From the NCBI GenBank assembly GCA_020148045.1, contig JAHCRG010000004.1, forward strand, positions 64,576 to 128,575: a stretch of DNA of 64,000 nt, in the 5' to 3' direction. The notes under the pieces were generated by a model. The model was not told the DNA's origin. It did no database searches and saw only the letters and a program-made list of their open reading frames with translations. Both the position numbers and the translations under genes were made by a program. The DNA comes from Patescibacteria group bacterium. GTDB lineage: Bacteria > Patescibacteriota > Minisyncoccia > Minisyncoccales > GWA2-38-27. Positions 33,143-42,372 of this stretch are shown piece after piece. How positions within the stretch are numbered: the stretch's first letter is position 1; every line of letters starts with the position of its first letter.

Positions 33143-34621
33143 TTACGGTTGGACATTATGAAGTGGGATAATTACTGTCTTTTCATCTATTTTAATCTTA
33201 TTTATTTCTTCTGGCAATATATAGGTAGCCCTAATTTTGCCAAACTTTGTTCTTTCAATAAACATTGAGGTCTGGCTGGGCATTGGAATACCGTCTGGAT
33301 AGGGGACAGGCACTCCTGATTGATTTACAATTACATACTTTTGAACATCATCTGGTAGAGAGTTTAGATAATTTCCAATTTCAACATAGTTCTTGGAAAA
33401 GGCAGCTTCTACTTCAGTTTTTTCAGCCCATTGGCAAAAATATTTATCAAACTGGGCATAAGCAATACTTAAGAAAAGAATAAATATGCATAGATAAAGG
33501 GCAATAAGTTGATTTTTTGTTTTGAAAAACTTCTTTGTTTTCTTGAATAACCAGAGAGCTCCCAGGGCTGCGAAGATATATGCTACTGGGATTACTCCAA
33601 TAACCCGAAGAGCATGGGGAATACTTTCTGAAGATAGAAATCCTGGCAAAAGCATTATAGCTCCCCAAGAGATTAAGAAGCAAAAAGGGAAAAACTTAGA
33701 ATCCTTAATCCAACTATAAAGAGAATAAATAAGGCCAATTAGGAAAAATATGCCAATAGGCCAGAGAAGTTGAGGAGAACCGGCAAAGTTATGACGCCAA
33801 TTCACATCTCCGTAAAAAATAAACATTTGAAGATGAAGAATTATTGATTTTCCTAATTCATAAAAAGGTCTTTCTGCAGTAAGAATTGATACTCCAGCTG
33901 CCCGACCAAAGAAATCACCAGGATTTAGAAGAAAATAGATGCCTATTGGAAGGGCAACGACAAAGATGGAGAGTAGAAAGTAGAAAGCAGAAAGTAGAAA
34001 GGGTTTTCTGCTTTTGACCTTTGATTTTTCTGGAAGCCACCTGAAGATTAAAATTAGGGCTAGTAGCAAGACAACAAATCTATAGGAAATATAGGTGTAG
34101 AAACCGAGACCGAAAAAGATACCAGAAATTACAAAGAATAAAATCTTTTTTTGCCGGAATCCCCTAAATAGAAAATAAAAGCCAAAGACCAAAACAAAAG
34201 GAACTAAGATTGCTCTAAAACCAATTCTTGAGAAATTAATATGCCAAAAAGAAATAGCTGAGAAGAAAGAAGATAGCAAAGCAATATTACGAGAGAACAT
34301 TTCTTTAGCTAACAAGTATATTCCTAATACAGTTAGGATTCCAAAGGTTGCTGGGACAATTTTTATTGCCCAGATGCTTGGTCCAAAGATTAAGAAAGAA
34401 AGGGATATTAACCAAATAAAAAGGCCTTCTCGGCCATTGTTTTCAGGATAGAATATTTTGAATTTTCCTTGTTGGAGAATATCCAAGGCTTCATTCCCAT
34501 TTATTGCTTCATCAGGATAAAGCCCTGGTGGAATTGAGTCCAACTGCCACAACCTAAAAAACCCAGCAATTACTAAAATACCCAACAAAATTATTATAGT
34601 TTTCCTCTCTTTTATCCACAT
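33143..34621 (-). CDS. GT-C fold glycosyltransferase (family 39/83, ArnT/PMT-like)
   Basis: Polytopic (more than 10 TM) with a first-loop YPDEAINGNEA acidic motif, typical of undecaprenyl/dolichyl-phosphate-sugar transferases. Confidence 0.75.
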   Translation of the reverse strand: MWIKERKTIIILLGILVIAGFFRLWQLDSIPPGLYPDEAINGNEALDILQQGKFKIFYPENNGREGLFIWLISLSFLIFGPSIWAIKIVPATFGILTVLGIYLLAKEMFSRNIALLSSFFSAISFWHINFSRIGFRAILVPFVLVFGFYFLFRGFRQKKILFFVISGIFFGLGFYTYISYRFVVLLLALILIFRWLPEKSKVKSRKPFLLSAFYFLLSIFVVALPIGIYFLLNPGDFFGRAAGVSILTAERPFYELGKSIILHLQMFIFYGDVNWRHNFAGSPQLLWPIGIFFLIGLIYSLYSWIKDSKFFPFCFLISWGAIMLLPGFLSSESIPHALRVIGVIPVAYIFAALGALWLFKKTKKFFKTKNQLIALYLCIFILFLSIAYAQFDKYFCQWAEKTEVEAAFSKNYVEIGNYLNSLPDDVQKYVIVNQSGVPVPYPDGIPMPSQTSMFIERTKFGKIRATYILPEEINKIKIDEKTVIIPLHNVQP

Positions 34622-34663
34622 TAAACCATTTTACCATATTTTAAAAAAGTGAGGAATTGGTTC

Positions 34664-34691
34664 TTGACTTTTGGGTCTAATTTTCTATAAT
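34664..34691 (+). promoter_or_regulatory. sigma70-type promoter TTGACT-16-TATAAT (grpE-dnaK-dnaJ)
   Basis: TTGACT at 34664-34669 and TATAAT at 34686-34691. No CIRCE inverted repeat seen. Confidence 0.6.
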
Positions 34692-34702
34692 AATCTTATA
34701 AA

Positions 34703-35149
34703 ATGAAGGGAGAGAAGTTAAAAAAACAATTAGAAGAATGTTTAGAAAATTGGAAAAGGGAAAGGGCAGCTTTTTTGAATTATAAGAAAGAGGAAGCAGA
34801 AAGAGTGGGTGAGTTTGTGAAATTTGCTAATCAGGAATTGATATTGAAAATTTTGCCAATTTTAGATAATATATATATTGCTGAGAAAAAACTCCCCCGA
34901 GAACTTAAAGGAAATCTCTGGGTTCAAGGTTTTTTAAAGACAAAAACTCAGATTTTGGATTTTTTAAAGAAAGAAAGAGTTGAAGAAATAAAATGTTTGG
35001 GAGAGAAATTTGACCCAAGTTTCCAAGAGGCAGTTGGAGAGATTAAAAAACCGGGCTCAGAACCAGGAATTGTTATTGAAGAAATCAAAAAAGGTTATAC
35101 TCTTCACGGCCGGGTCCTCCGCCCCGCCAAAGTAAAAATAGCAAAATAA
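34703..35149 (+). CDS. grpE: nucleotide exchange factor GrpE
   Basis: ILPILDN...FDPSFQEAVG...GYTLHGRVLRPAKV pattern; position upstream of dnaK. Confidence 0.88.
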   Translation: MKGEKLKKQLEECLENWKRERAAFLNYKKEEAERVGEFVKFANQELILKILPILDNIYIAEKKLPRELKGNLWVQGFLKTKTQILDFLKKERVEEIKCLGEKFDPSFQEAVGEIKKPGSEPGIVIEEIKKGYTLHGRVLRPAKVKIAK

Positions 35150-35150
35150 T

Positions 35151-37043
35151 ATGCCAAAAATTTTAGGTATTGATTTAGGTACAACTTTTTCAGCTACCGC
35201 TATAATGGAAAGCGGTGAGCCAAAGATTATTGAGAATAAAGAAGGGGGAAGAACTACTCCCTCGGTTGTTGCTTTGACTAAAAACGGAGAAAGATTAATT
35301 GGGATTACAGCCAGGCGTCAGCAAATTACCAACCCAAAAAATACTGTCTTTTCCATTAAAAGATTAGTTGGTCGGAGATTTTCTGACTCAGAAGTTCAAA
35401 AAGACAAGAAGCTTTTGCCGTATGAAATTAGAGAATCAAATGATGGGGGAGTGGAAGTAAAGATGGGAGATAAATGGCACAAGCCAGCTGAAATTTCAGC
35501 AATGATTTTACAGAAGTTAAAGCAGGATGTTGAGGAAAAGATAGGGGAAAAGATTACTGATGCTGTAATCACTTGTCCTGCTTATTTTGATGATTCTCAG
35601 AGAAAAGCAACAAAGGTTGCTGGAGAGATTGCTGGCTTGAATGTTAAATTAGTAATTAACGAGCCAACAGCTGCTGCCTTATCTTATGGCCTAACTAAAA
35701 CAAAAGGACAGCAAATTTTAGTTTATGACTTTGGCGGAGGAACTTTTGACGTTTCAACTTTAGACGTTCGCAAAGACCCTGATACTGTTGAAGTAATTGG
35801 CGTAGGAGGAGATACTCATTTGGGCGGAGATGATTTTGACCAGAAAGTAATGAATTGGATAATTGATGAGTTTAAAAAAGACCAGGGAATTGACTTATCA
35901 AAAGACCAATTGGCTTTGCAGAGGATTAAAGAAGTAGCCGAAAAAGCAAAAATTGAATTATCAACAACTTTAGAAACGGAAATTAATCTTCCCTTTGTTA
36001 CTTCAGATTCTTCGGGTCCAAAGCATCTTTATTTAAAACTTTCTCGGGCCCAGCTTGAGAATTTGGTAAAGGAATATGTTAACAAATCAATTGATTTGGT
36101 TAAAGAAACTTTGAAGGGAGCCAAGCTTGAGCCAAAAGATATTGAAGAGATAGTTTTGGTTGGCGGCCAGACAAGAATGCCAGCTATTCAAGAAGCAATT
36201 AAAAAACTTTTTGGTAAAGAAGCTAATAAATCAATTAATCCTGATGAAGTAGTAGCAGTTGGAGCTGCTATTGAAGGGGCAGATTTGGGAAAAGAGACAA
36301 AAGAAATTCTTTTGTTAGACGCTACTCCTCTTTCTTTGGGAATTGAAACCTTGGGAGGAGTTAATACTATTTTAATTCCTAAAAATACTATTTACCCGAC
36401 TGCTAAAACCCAGATTTTCTCAACAGCAGCTGACAGTCAAACTTCTGTGGAAGTTCATGTTTTACAAGGAGAAAGACCAATGGCGCAAGATAACAAAACC
36501 CTGGGAAGATTTATGTTAGATGGGATTCCTCCATCTCCAAGAGGAGTTCCCCAAATTGAAGTTAGCTTTGATATTGATAGTAATGGAATTTTAAATGTTT
36601 CAGCTAAAGATAAGGCAACTAATAAGGAGCAGTCAATTAGGATTGAGGGTTCAATAGGAATGTCAAAAGAAGAAATTGAAAAGATGAAAAAAGAAGCAGA
36701 GCTTCATACAGAGGAAGATAAGAAAAAGAAAGAACTAATTGAAGCCCGGAATCTTGCCGATAGTTTAATTTATACTTGGGAGAAAACAGTTAGAGATGCT
36801 GGAGATAAGATAGACAAGGGCTTGAAAAAGGAAATAGAAGAGAAGGTAGAGGCGTTGAAAAAAGTCAAAGATAGTGATAATATAGAGGAGATAAAAAATA
36901 AAACCACAGAACTTTCTCAGACAATTCAGAAGGCAGGAGCCGAGGTTTATAAAGTAGCTCAAGAAGCGCAAAAGAAAGAAAAGCCAAAGGAAGGAGACAA
37001 AGGAAAAGACGCTGAAGAAGGAGAATTTAAAGAAAAAAAATAA
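35151..37043 (+). CDS. dnaK: molecular chaperone DnaK (Hsp70)
   Basis: [19 protein letters not shown] and [10 protein letters not shown] signatures over the full length. Confidence 0.97.
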   Translation: MPKILGIDLGTTFSATAIMESGEPKIIENKEGGRTTPSVVALTKNGERLIGITARRQQITNPKNTVFSIKRLVGRRFSDSEVQKDKKLLPYEIRESNDGGVEVKMGDKWHKPAEISAMILQKLKQDVEEKIGEKITDAVITCPAYFDDSQRKATKVAGEIAGLNVKLVINEPTAAALSYGLTKTKGQQILVYDFGGGTFDVSTLDVRKDPDTVEVIGVGGDTHLGGDDFDQKVMNWIIDEFKKDQGIDLSKDQLALQRIKEVAEKAKIELSTTLETEINLPFVTSDSSGPKHLYLKLSRAQLENLVKEYVNKSIDLVKETLKGAKLEPKDIEEIVLVGGQTRMPAIQEAIKKLFGKEANKSINPDEVVAVGAAIEGADLGKETKEILLLDATPLSLGIETLGGVNTILIPKNTIYPTAKTQIFSTAADSQTSVEVHVLQGERPMAQDNKTLGRFMLDGIPPSPRGVPQIEVSFDIDSNGILNVSAKDKATNKEQSIRIEGSIGMSKEEIEKMKKEAELHTEEDKKKKELIEARNLADSLIYTWEKTVRDAGDKIDKGLKKEIEEKVEALKKVKDSDNIEEIKNKTTELSQTIQKAGAEVYKVAQEAQKKEKPKEGDKGKDAEEGEFKEKK

Positions 37044-37046
37044 ACT

Positions 37047-38135
37047 ATGAAGGATTACTACAAAATCTTAGGCATTTCACGTGATGCTTCGTCGGAAGAA
37101 ATTAAAAGAGCTTTTCATAAATTAGCTCATAAACATCACCCTCATAAAGGCGGAGATGAGAAAAAATTTAAAGAGATAAACGAAGCATATCAGATTTTGT
37201 CTAATAAGGAAAAGAAATCGCAGTATGATAGATTTGGTCAAGTTTTTGAAGGCGGAGGGCCAGGCCCAGGGTTTAATTTTACCTGGGCTTGGGGAAAATC
37301 TCCGGGACAAGGCCCTGATTTAGAATTTGATTTTGAAGATTTAGGCGAGATGTTTGAGGATTTTTTTGGTTTCGGAGGCCGGCGAGCACAAAGAAAGGAC
37401 TACAAAAAAGGCAAAGACATTAAAATTGACATTGAGATTCCTTTAGAAGAAACTTTAAAAGGTTCAACCAAAGAGATTACTTTATACAAGCAGATTTTGT
37501 GTTCTCGTTGTCAGGGCAAAGGAGCTGAACCCGGCACCTCTTTGAATGAATGTTTTTTTTGTCGGGGAACAGGAGAGGTTCAGCAAGTAAAAAGAACTTT
37601 TTTAGGTTCATTTACTCGTTGGACTGTTTGTCCTGAATGCGGTGGCGAAGGCCAGAGACCAGAAAAACCTTGTAATGTTTGTAAAGGAGAAGGGAGGATT
37701 AAAGGAGAGGAAGATATTAAGATTTTTATTCCGGCTGGAGTTGATTCAAATCAAATAATTAAAGTTGCCGGAAAAGGAGAGGCCGGAAAAAAAGGAGGAA
37801 AACCAGGAGATTTATATCTGAGAATTTTAGTAAAAGAACACCCGGTTTTTCGAAGAAAGGGAGATGATTTACTTATTTCCCAGCCAATTTCTTTTTCTCA
37901 AGCAACTTTAGGTGATGAAATTGAAGTAGCAACCTTAGAAGGAACTAAAATTTTGCTTAAAATTCCTTCAGGTTCAGAGTCGGGCAAGATCCTGCGGATT
38001 TCTGGAAAAGGCATTCCTCGCTTTTCAGGATACGGCAGAGGAAACTTGTATGTTCAATTGATTGTCAAAACACCAAAACGCTTGACAAAAACCCAAAAAG
38101 AATTATTAAAGAAACTAAAAGAACAAGGTTTGTAA
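37047..38135 (+). CDS. dnaJ: co-chaperone DnaJ (Hsp40, type I)
   Basis: J domain with HPH(K) in place of HPD (KHHPHKGG), a G/F region and four CxxCxGxG zinc-finger repeats. Confidence 0.93.
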   Translation: MKDYYKILGISRDASSEEIKRAFHKLAHKHHPHKGGDEKKFKEINEAYQILSNKEKKSQYDRFGQVFEGGGPGPGFNFTWAWGKSPGQGPDLEFDFEDLGEMFEDFFGFGGRRAQRKDYKKGKDIKIDIEIPLEETLKGSTKEITLYKQILCSRCQGKGAEPGTSLNECFFCRGTGEVQQVKRTFLGSFTRWTVCPECGGEGQRPEKPCNVCKGEGRIKGEEDIKIFIPAGVDSNQIIKVAGKGEAGKKGGKPGDLYLRILVKEHPVFRRKGDDLLISQPISFSQATLGDEIEVATLEGTKILLKIPSGSESGKILRISGKGIPRFSGYGRGNLYVQLIVKTPKRLTKTQKELLKKLKEQGL

Positions 38136-38140
38136 TTTAC

Positions 38141-38211
38141 GCCCCCATAGCTTAGTGGTAAAGCAACGGCCTTTTAAGCCGCTGACGAGGGTTCGATTCC
38201 TTCTGGGGGTA
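38141..38211 (+). tRNA. tRNA-Lys (anticodon UUU)
   Basis: Manual cloverleaf: acceptor GCCCCCA/TGGGGGT, D arm GCTT-AGTGGTA-AAGC, anticodon loop CTTTTAA, T arm GAGGG-TTCGATT-CCTTC. No encoded CCA. The 1-72 pair is G-U. Confidence 0.85.
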
Positions 38212-38215
38212 CATA

Positions 38216-38243
38216 TAAAAAATCGCCAAAAGGGCGATTTTTT
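38216..38243. terminator. intrinsic terminator of the AAAAATCGCC/GGCGATTTTTT family
   Basis: AAAAAATCGCC aaaag GGCGATTTTTT. Confidence 0.75.
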
Positions 38244-38258
38244 GCTATAGTAGGATAT

Positions 38259-39020
38259 ATGGGAAAAGTATATTTTAAAAATTCGAAAGGAAATAATCTT
38301 TGCGGGATATTATCAAACCCGACATTAGATAAAGAAAAACCAATTATAATCCTTTGTCATGGATTTAGCACCAGCAAAGATAGCCGAACATATAAGAAGC
38401 TAGAGGAGATGTTGAATAATCATCAAATATCAACTTTTCGCTTTGACTTTTTTGGTCACGGAGAAAGTGAAGGAAAATTTGAAGACATAACAATTTCAGA
38501 AGCTGTTGACGACGTTCTGAATGCGATCTCTTTTTTGAAAAAACAAGGTTATTCAAAAATTGGACTTATTGGTTCCAGTTTTGGCGGCATAAGTAGTATA
38601 ATGGCAGCGTCAAAAACGAAGGATTTGTTCGTTCTCGCCCTGAAATCTCCCGTTTCAAATTATAAAGAAAAAGAAATGGCAACTAAAGCAGAAAAACAAC
38701 TGAAAGAATGGAGAGAAAAAGGATATACCTACTATATAAGTGGAGATGGTAGAAAACTTAAATTGAATTATACTTTCTTTGAGGATTTTGAAAGTAATAA
38801 TGGATATGAAGCTGCCAGAAAAATCAAAATACCAACTTTAATCGTGCATGGAGATAAAGACGAATCTGTTCCGATTGAACAAAGTAGAAAGACGGCAAAT
38901 TTAATTCAGGATTGTAAGTTAGAAATTATTGAGGGAGCAGACCATAGATATTCTAATTCCGAGGATTTCGAAAAGATGTTAAATTTAATTTCTAGTTTTG
39001 TTATTAAAAACTCGGAATAG
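38259..39020 (+). CDS. alpha/beta hydrolase (dienelactone hydrolase / S9-like)
   Basis: ILCHGF, GSSFGG nucleophile elbow, a late D (GDKDESV) and H (ADHRY). Confidence 0.8.
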   Translation: MGKVYFKNSKGNNLCGILSNPTLDKEKPIIILCHGFSTSKDSRTYKKLEEMLNNHQISTFRFDFFGHGESEGKFEDITISEAVDDVLNAISFLKKQGYSKIGLIGSSFGGISSIMAASKTKDLFVLALKSPVSNYKEKEMATKAEKQLKEWREKGYTYYISGDGRKLKLNYTFFEDFESNNGYEAARKIKIPTLIVHGDKDESVPIEQSRKTANLIQDCKLEIIEGADHRYSNSEDFEKMLNLISSFVIKNSE

Positions 39021-39038
39021 GTGATAATTTTTAAATTT

Positions 39039-39611
39039 ATGAATAACATAGAGATTGAAATTCAAGTAAAAATTGAAAATAGCAAACCACTAATAGAGTT
39101 CTTAGAAAAGAATGCTGATTTTCGGTCAGAAAAACATCAAATAGATGAGTATTTTTCTCCGGCTCATCGTAATTTCATCGGGGTTCGCCCAGTAAAAGAA
39201 TGGCTAAGGTTAAGAGATTCGGACGGTCAGTATTTCATAAACTATAAGAATTGGTATTTTGTTGAAGATGGTAAAGGGCACTATTGTGATGAACACGAAA
39301 CAAAAACGGAAGATTTAGCTCAAATTAAAAAAATATTAGAAGCTCTTAACTTTAAATCTATTGTAAAAGTTGATAAGTTAAGGAAAACTTGGATATATAA
39401 AAATTATGAAATTGCTATGGATTCGGTAAAGGGACTCGGAGATTTTGTGGAAATTGAATACATTGGTAAAGAGGAGAAAGTTGACCCTAAGAAAATCACC
39501 GAAGAAATGGTAGCTTTCCTTAAAGACATGGGATGTGGGAAGATAAAAAGCTATATGGGTTATCCATTTCAATTACTATTTCCAGAAGAAGTAAAATACG
39601 AGGAACAATAA
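39039..39611 (+). CDS. CYTH-domain protein (CyaB-type class IV adenylyl cyclase / triphosphate tunnel metalloenzyme)
   Basis: N-terminal IEIEIQVKI (the ExExK signature) and RLR...; size about 190 aa. The track ORF starts at GTG 39021 and the ATG is at 39039. Confidence 0.75.
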   Translation: MNNIEIEIQVKIENSKPLIEFLEKNADFRSEKHQIDEYFSPAHRNFIGVRPVKEWLRLRDSDGQYFINYKNWYFVEDGKGHYCDEHETKTEDLAQIKKILEALNFKSIVKVDKLRKTWIYKNYEIAMDSVKGLGDFVEIEYIGKEEKVDPKKITEEMVAFLKDMGCGKIKSYMGYPFQLLFPEEVKYEEQ

Positions 39612-39635
39612 AAATCGCCAAAGGGGCGATTTTTT
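39610..39635. terminator. intrinsic terminator of the AAAAATCGCC/GGCGATTTTTT family
   Basis: AAAAATCGCC aaagg GGCGATTTTTT. Confidence 0.75.
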
Positions 39636-39649
39636 GATAGAATTAAAAT

Positions 39650-40288
39650 ATGCTTAAAATCCCTTTTGTTAAAAATCCAAATGGTCAATGTATGCAAGCC
39701 AATATGTTAATGGCTTTACGTTATTTTTTTCCTGATAAGAAATTCAGCTTTGCCCAGATTAATAAAAAGATGCGTCGCAAAAGAGGAAAATGGGCTTTCC
39801 CGGCTCAAGCTGTAGTAGTTTTAAAAAATTTTGGATTGAAGGCCAAAGCTTATTCTAGTAAAGATATTCCTATAAAGCGAGAGGAGATAATAACTTGTTT
39901 TAAAAGAGCTTTTGGCAAAGATTATAATACAGTAATTAAAAACATTGATCTTGATACAGTAGAGCATTTCCGCAAAAGAGCAAAAAAACAAAGAGCTTTT
40001 GAAGTTCGGAAAAGTTCGATGAAGGATTTTAAAGAATATCTTAAGAAAGGTTACATTATTGTTCCTTGTGTGGATTGGAATATTCTTCATAATAAAAAAG
40101 GACCGTTTGAGGGTCATTTTGTTACAATTATCAATATAGATAAGAACAATGTTTGGATTCACGACCCAAATGATGGACCTAATATAAGACATTCAGGGGA
40201 GTTATTTAATAAAGCCTATACAGTTAGGGCAATAGATGATGACGTCTTGATTGTATTTGGAAAATTAAGAAGTAATCCAAAAGTTTGA
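39650..40288 (+). CDS. papain-like cysteine peptidase, C39-like family
   Basis: NPNGQCMQANMLMALRYF (Q...C nucleophile context) and GHFVTIINIDKNNVWIHDPND (His, Asp). Confidence 0.6.
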   Translation: MLKIPFVKNPNGQCMQANMLMALRYFFPDKKFSFAQINKKMRRKRGKWAFPAQAVVVLKNFGLKAKAYSSKDIPIKREEIITCFKRAFGKDYNTVIKNIDLDTVEHFRKRAKKQRAFEVRKSSMKDFKEYLKKGYIIVPCVDWNILHNKKGPFEGHFVTIINIDKNNVWIHDPNDGPNIRHSGELFNKAYTVRAIDDDVLIVFGKLRSNPKV

Positions 40289-40410
40289 TACTTTTGTTTT
40301 TTTAAAGTTGAAACTTTTGGTAGTAAGGGTAGAATGGAGTATATGAAACTCATATTTTTAGGTGTGGGAGAGGCGTTTGAGGAGTTTATATTATAAATTT
40401 TATTTCTATT

Positions 40411-40839
40411 ATGGCTTGTTGTAGTATATGGGAAAAATTTGATGAAAAGAATAATCTAATTAAGGAATATAAACATTGGAAGCTTTTGGTAAGAAAAGAA
40501 CAGCTTAAATTGGGTAGTTGCGTTGCTATTACTAAACGTCATATGGCATCTTTTTCTGAGATTACGGATGAAGAAATGAAAGAATATGCCAAAGTGGTTC
40601 GCGATATTGAGAAAGCTTTGAAGAAAAGTTTCCAATATGATGTTATACATCATCTTCTGATAATGTTTTTTGATAAACATACTCATTTTCACATTATCCC
40701 TCGTTATAGAAAACCTCGAAACTTTGCTGGTATAGAATGGATAGATAATTTTCATCCAGATCCTTTAATTCAAAAACGCGAACATGTTTCTCAGGAAACT
40801 CTTAATCAGATTAAAGAAGAAATTAAAAATAATATATAA
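40411..40839 (+). CDS. HIT (histidine triad) family nucleotide hydrolase/transferase
   Basis: HTHFHIIPR histidine-triad motif near the C-terminal third; size 142 aa. Confidence 0.75.
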   Translation: MACCSIWEKFDEKNNLIKEYKHWKLLVRKEQLKLGSCVAITKRHMASFSEITDEEMKEYAKVVRDIEKALKKSFQYDVIHHLLIMFFDKHTHFHIIPRYRKPRNFAGIEWIDNFHPDPLIQKREHVSQETLNQIKEEIKNNI

Positions 40840-40858
40840 TCACTGTTAAGAATAAAAT

Positions 40859-41302
40859 ATGAATAATATAAATAAAAAGCCAACAGCCGGGACTGGCGTG
40901 ATAATTCTTAAAGACAATAAGGTTTTGCTTGGGAAGAGAAACGAGGATCCTGAAAAGGCTGATAGTTTGCTTCATGGAGAGGGAACCTGGACATTGCCAG
41001 GAGGAAAGCTTGATTTCAGAGAAGATATACTGAATTGTGCGTGGAGAGAAACATATGAGGAAACAGGCATAAAAATAAATAAGGGGAAGCTGAAATTAAT
41101 AAGCGTAACAAATGATGTGGTAGAAGATGCTCACTTTGTTACGATTGGTTTTGTTTGTGATGATTTTGAGGGGGAAGCTAGGGTTATGGAGCCAGATATC
41201 ACTGAATGGCAATGGTTTGAATTAGATAATTTACCACGTCCTATGTTTTTCCCAAGTGAGAAGATGATAAAAAATTTTATTAATAAAGAAAACAAGTTTT
41301 AA
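40859..41302 (+). CDS. NUDIX hydrolase
   Basis: Nudix box GGKLDFREDILNCAWRETYEETGI (Gx5Ex7REUxEExGU). Confidence 0.88.
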   Translation: MNNINKKPTAGTGVIILKDNKVLLGKRNEDPEKADSLLHGEGTWTLPGGKLDFREDILNCAWRETYEETGIKINKGKLKLISVTNDVVEDAHFVTIGFVCDDFEGEARVMEPDITEWQWFELDNLPRPMFFPSEKMIKNFINKENKF

Positions 41303-41442
41303 CATTTCTAAACCTTTGACGTCCAAAAATCCCGAGCTTTGCTCGGGATTTTTTCTATTGAAAAATTTTGGGAAATGGGGTAATATAATAGATAGTTAGT
41401 TTTGCTCTTTGAAATTTTGAAGAAATTTTGAAAGGAATAGAA

Positions 41443-42195
41443 ATGAAAAAGATAGACAGCAGAAAAGACAAAATTCTTATTGTATTAGCAGTATATACAA
41501 TAGGTACTCTTCTTGGAGTATTGGTACTTTTTTTAAGAATAATTAGAGTAATTAGAGTTTTGAACTGGGATCGTTTTCCAAAATATCACCGAAACCTAGA
41601 ATTATTTAAACATGGACTAATTGTAGTTTCTAATCATCCTTCTTTGTTAGAACCGTTATTAGTCTCAGCTTTATTTTTTGGCCAATATATAACTCATCCG
41701 TTTAAGCTTTCTCCTTGGAATATTGCTGAGGTAAGAAATTACAAAAAATGGTATTGGCAATGGGCAAGCACTCGAATAATTTGGGTTGATAGAAAAAATT
41801 CAGAAAAAGCCAAGCAAACTTTTATTAAGGTAAAAAATACTGTTAATTCGGGAGGACTTGTTGTTATTTTTCCAGAAGGAGGAAGGACATTCAAAAGAGA
41901 AAAATTATATAGCAGAACAGGCAATAAACAAATTGCAATTCTGCAGGAAGGAATTGGTTTATTGATTAGAAAAACAGATGCTCCAGTTCTTTTTATTTGG
42001 GTAGAAGGGAGCGATGAATTTTTCCCAAATACAATCTGGATTGAAGGAAAGAGAAATAAATTCCCATTTCCAAGATTTTGGAAAAAGATAACTATAAAAA
42101 TAGGACAGATTGTAAGGTTTGAAAAAGTAAGTAAAGAAGAAATTACTCAACAAGTTGCAGCTCATCTTTTGAAATTAGCAGATGAAGAAGAGTAG
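41443..42195 (+). CDS. lysophospholipid acyltransferase (PlsC/LPLAT family)
   Basis: N-terminal TM helix, VSNHPSLLEP (an Hx4[D/E] block) and FPEGGRT block. The track ORF starts at TTG 41428. Confidence 0.75.
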   Translation: MKKIDSRKDKILIVLAVYTIGTLLGVLVLFLRIIRVIRVLNWDRFPKYHRNLELFKHGLIVVSNHPSLLEPLLVSALFFGQYITHPFKLSPWNIAEVRNYKKWYWQWASTRIIWVDRKNSEKAKQTFIKVKNTVNSGGLVVIFPEGGRTFKREKLYSRTGNKQIAILQEGIGLLIRKTDAPVLFIWVEGSDEFFPNTIWIEGKRNKFPFPRFWKKITIKIGQIVRFEKVSKEEITQQVAAHLLKLADEEE

Positions 42196-42225
42196 TATTT
42201 GTATTGAAAAAAAATACTACTCTTC
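42187..42225 (+). other. 14-bp perfect hairpin spanning the acyltransferase stop codon, 7 nt before tRNA-Ala
   Basis: GAAGAGTAGTATTT (42187-42200) pairs with AAATACTACTCTTC (42212-42225). No U-tract follows. Confidence 0.6.
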
Positions 42226-42232
42226 ATCCTTC

Positions 42233-42305
42233 GGGCCCATGGCGCAGTTGGTAGCGCGCCTCGATGGCATCGAGGAGGTCGCGAGTTCGAATCTCGCTGG
42301 GTCCA
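42233..42305 (+). tRNA. tRNA-Ala (anticodon GGC)
   Basis: Manual cloverleaf: GGGCCCA/TGGGTCC acceptor with the G3:U70 identity pair, anticodon loop ATGGCAT, T arm GCGAG-TTCGAAT-CTCGC. Confidence 0.9.
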
Positions 42306-42372
42306 CAGGTTAGTATACTAGACAGGTTATACATTATTGCCATAAGGGCAAATTTTTTTGTAGAATAAATAT

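Noticed and set aside
34622-34702. Looked for a CIRCE (HrcA) operator upstream of grpE-dnaK-dnaJ
   Set aside because: No TTAGCACTC-N9-GAGTGCTAA-like inverted repeat is present; only a sigma70-type promoter was found.
39821-40192. 123-aa minus-strand ORF inside the C39-like peptidase gene. Similar antisense ORFs occur at 43413-43880, 54775-55146, 17336-17671 and 8359-8616.
   Set aside because: They are antisense shadows of well-supported genes in AT-rich sequence. They have Ile/Phe/Asn/Lys-biased or Ser/Pro-rich nonsense-like translations and no translation signals.
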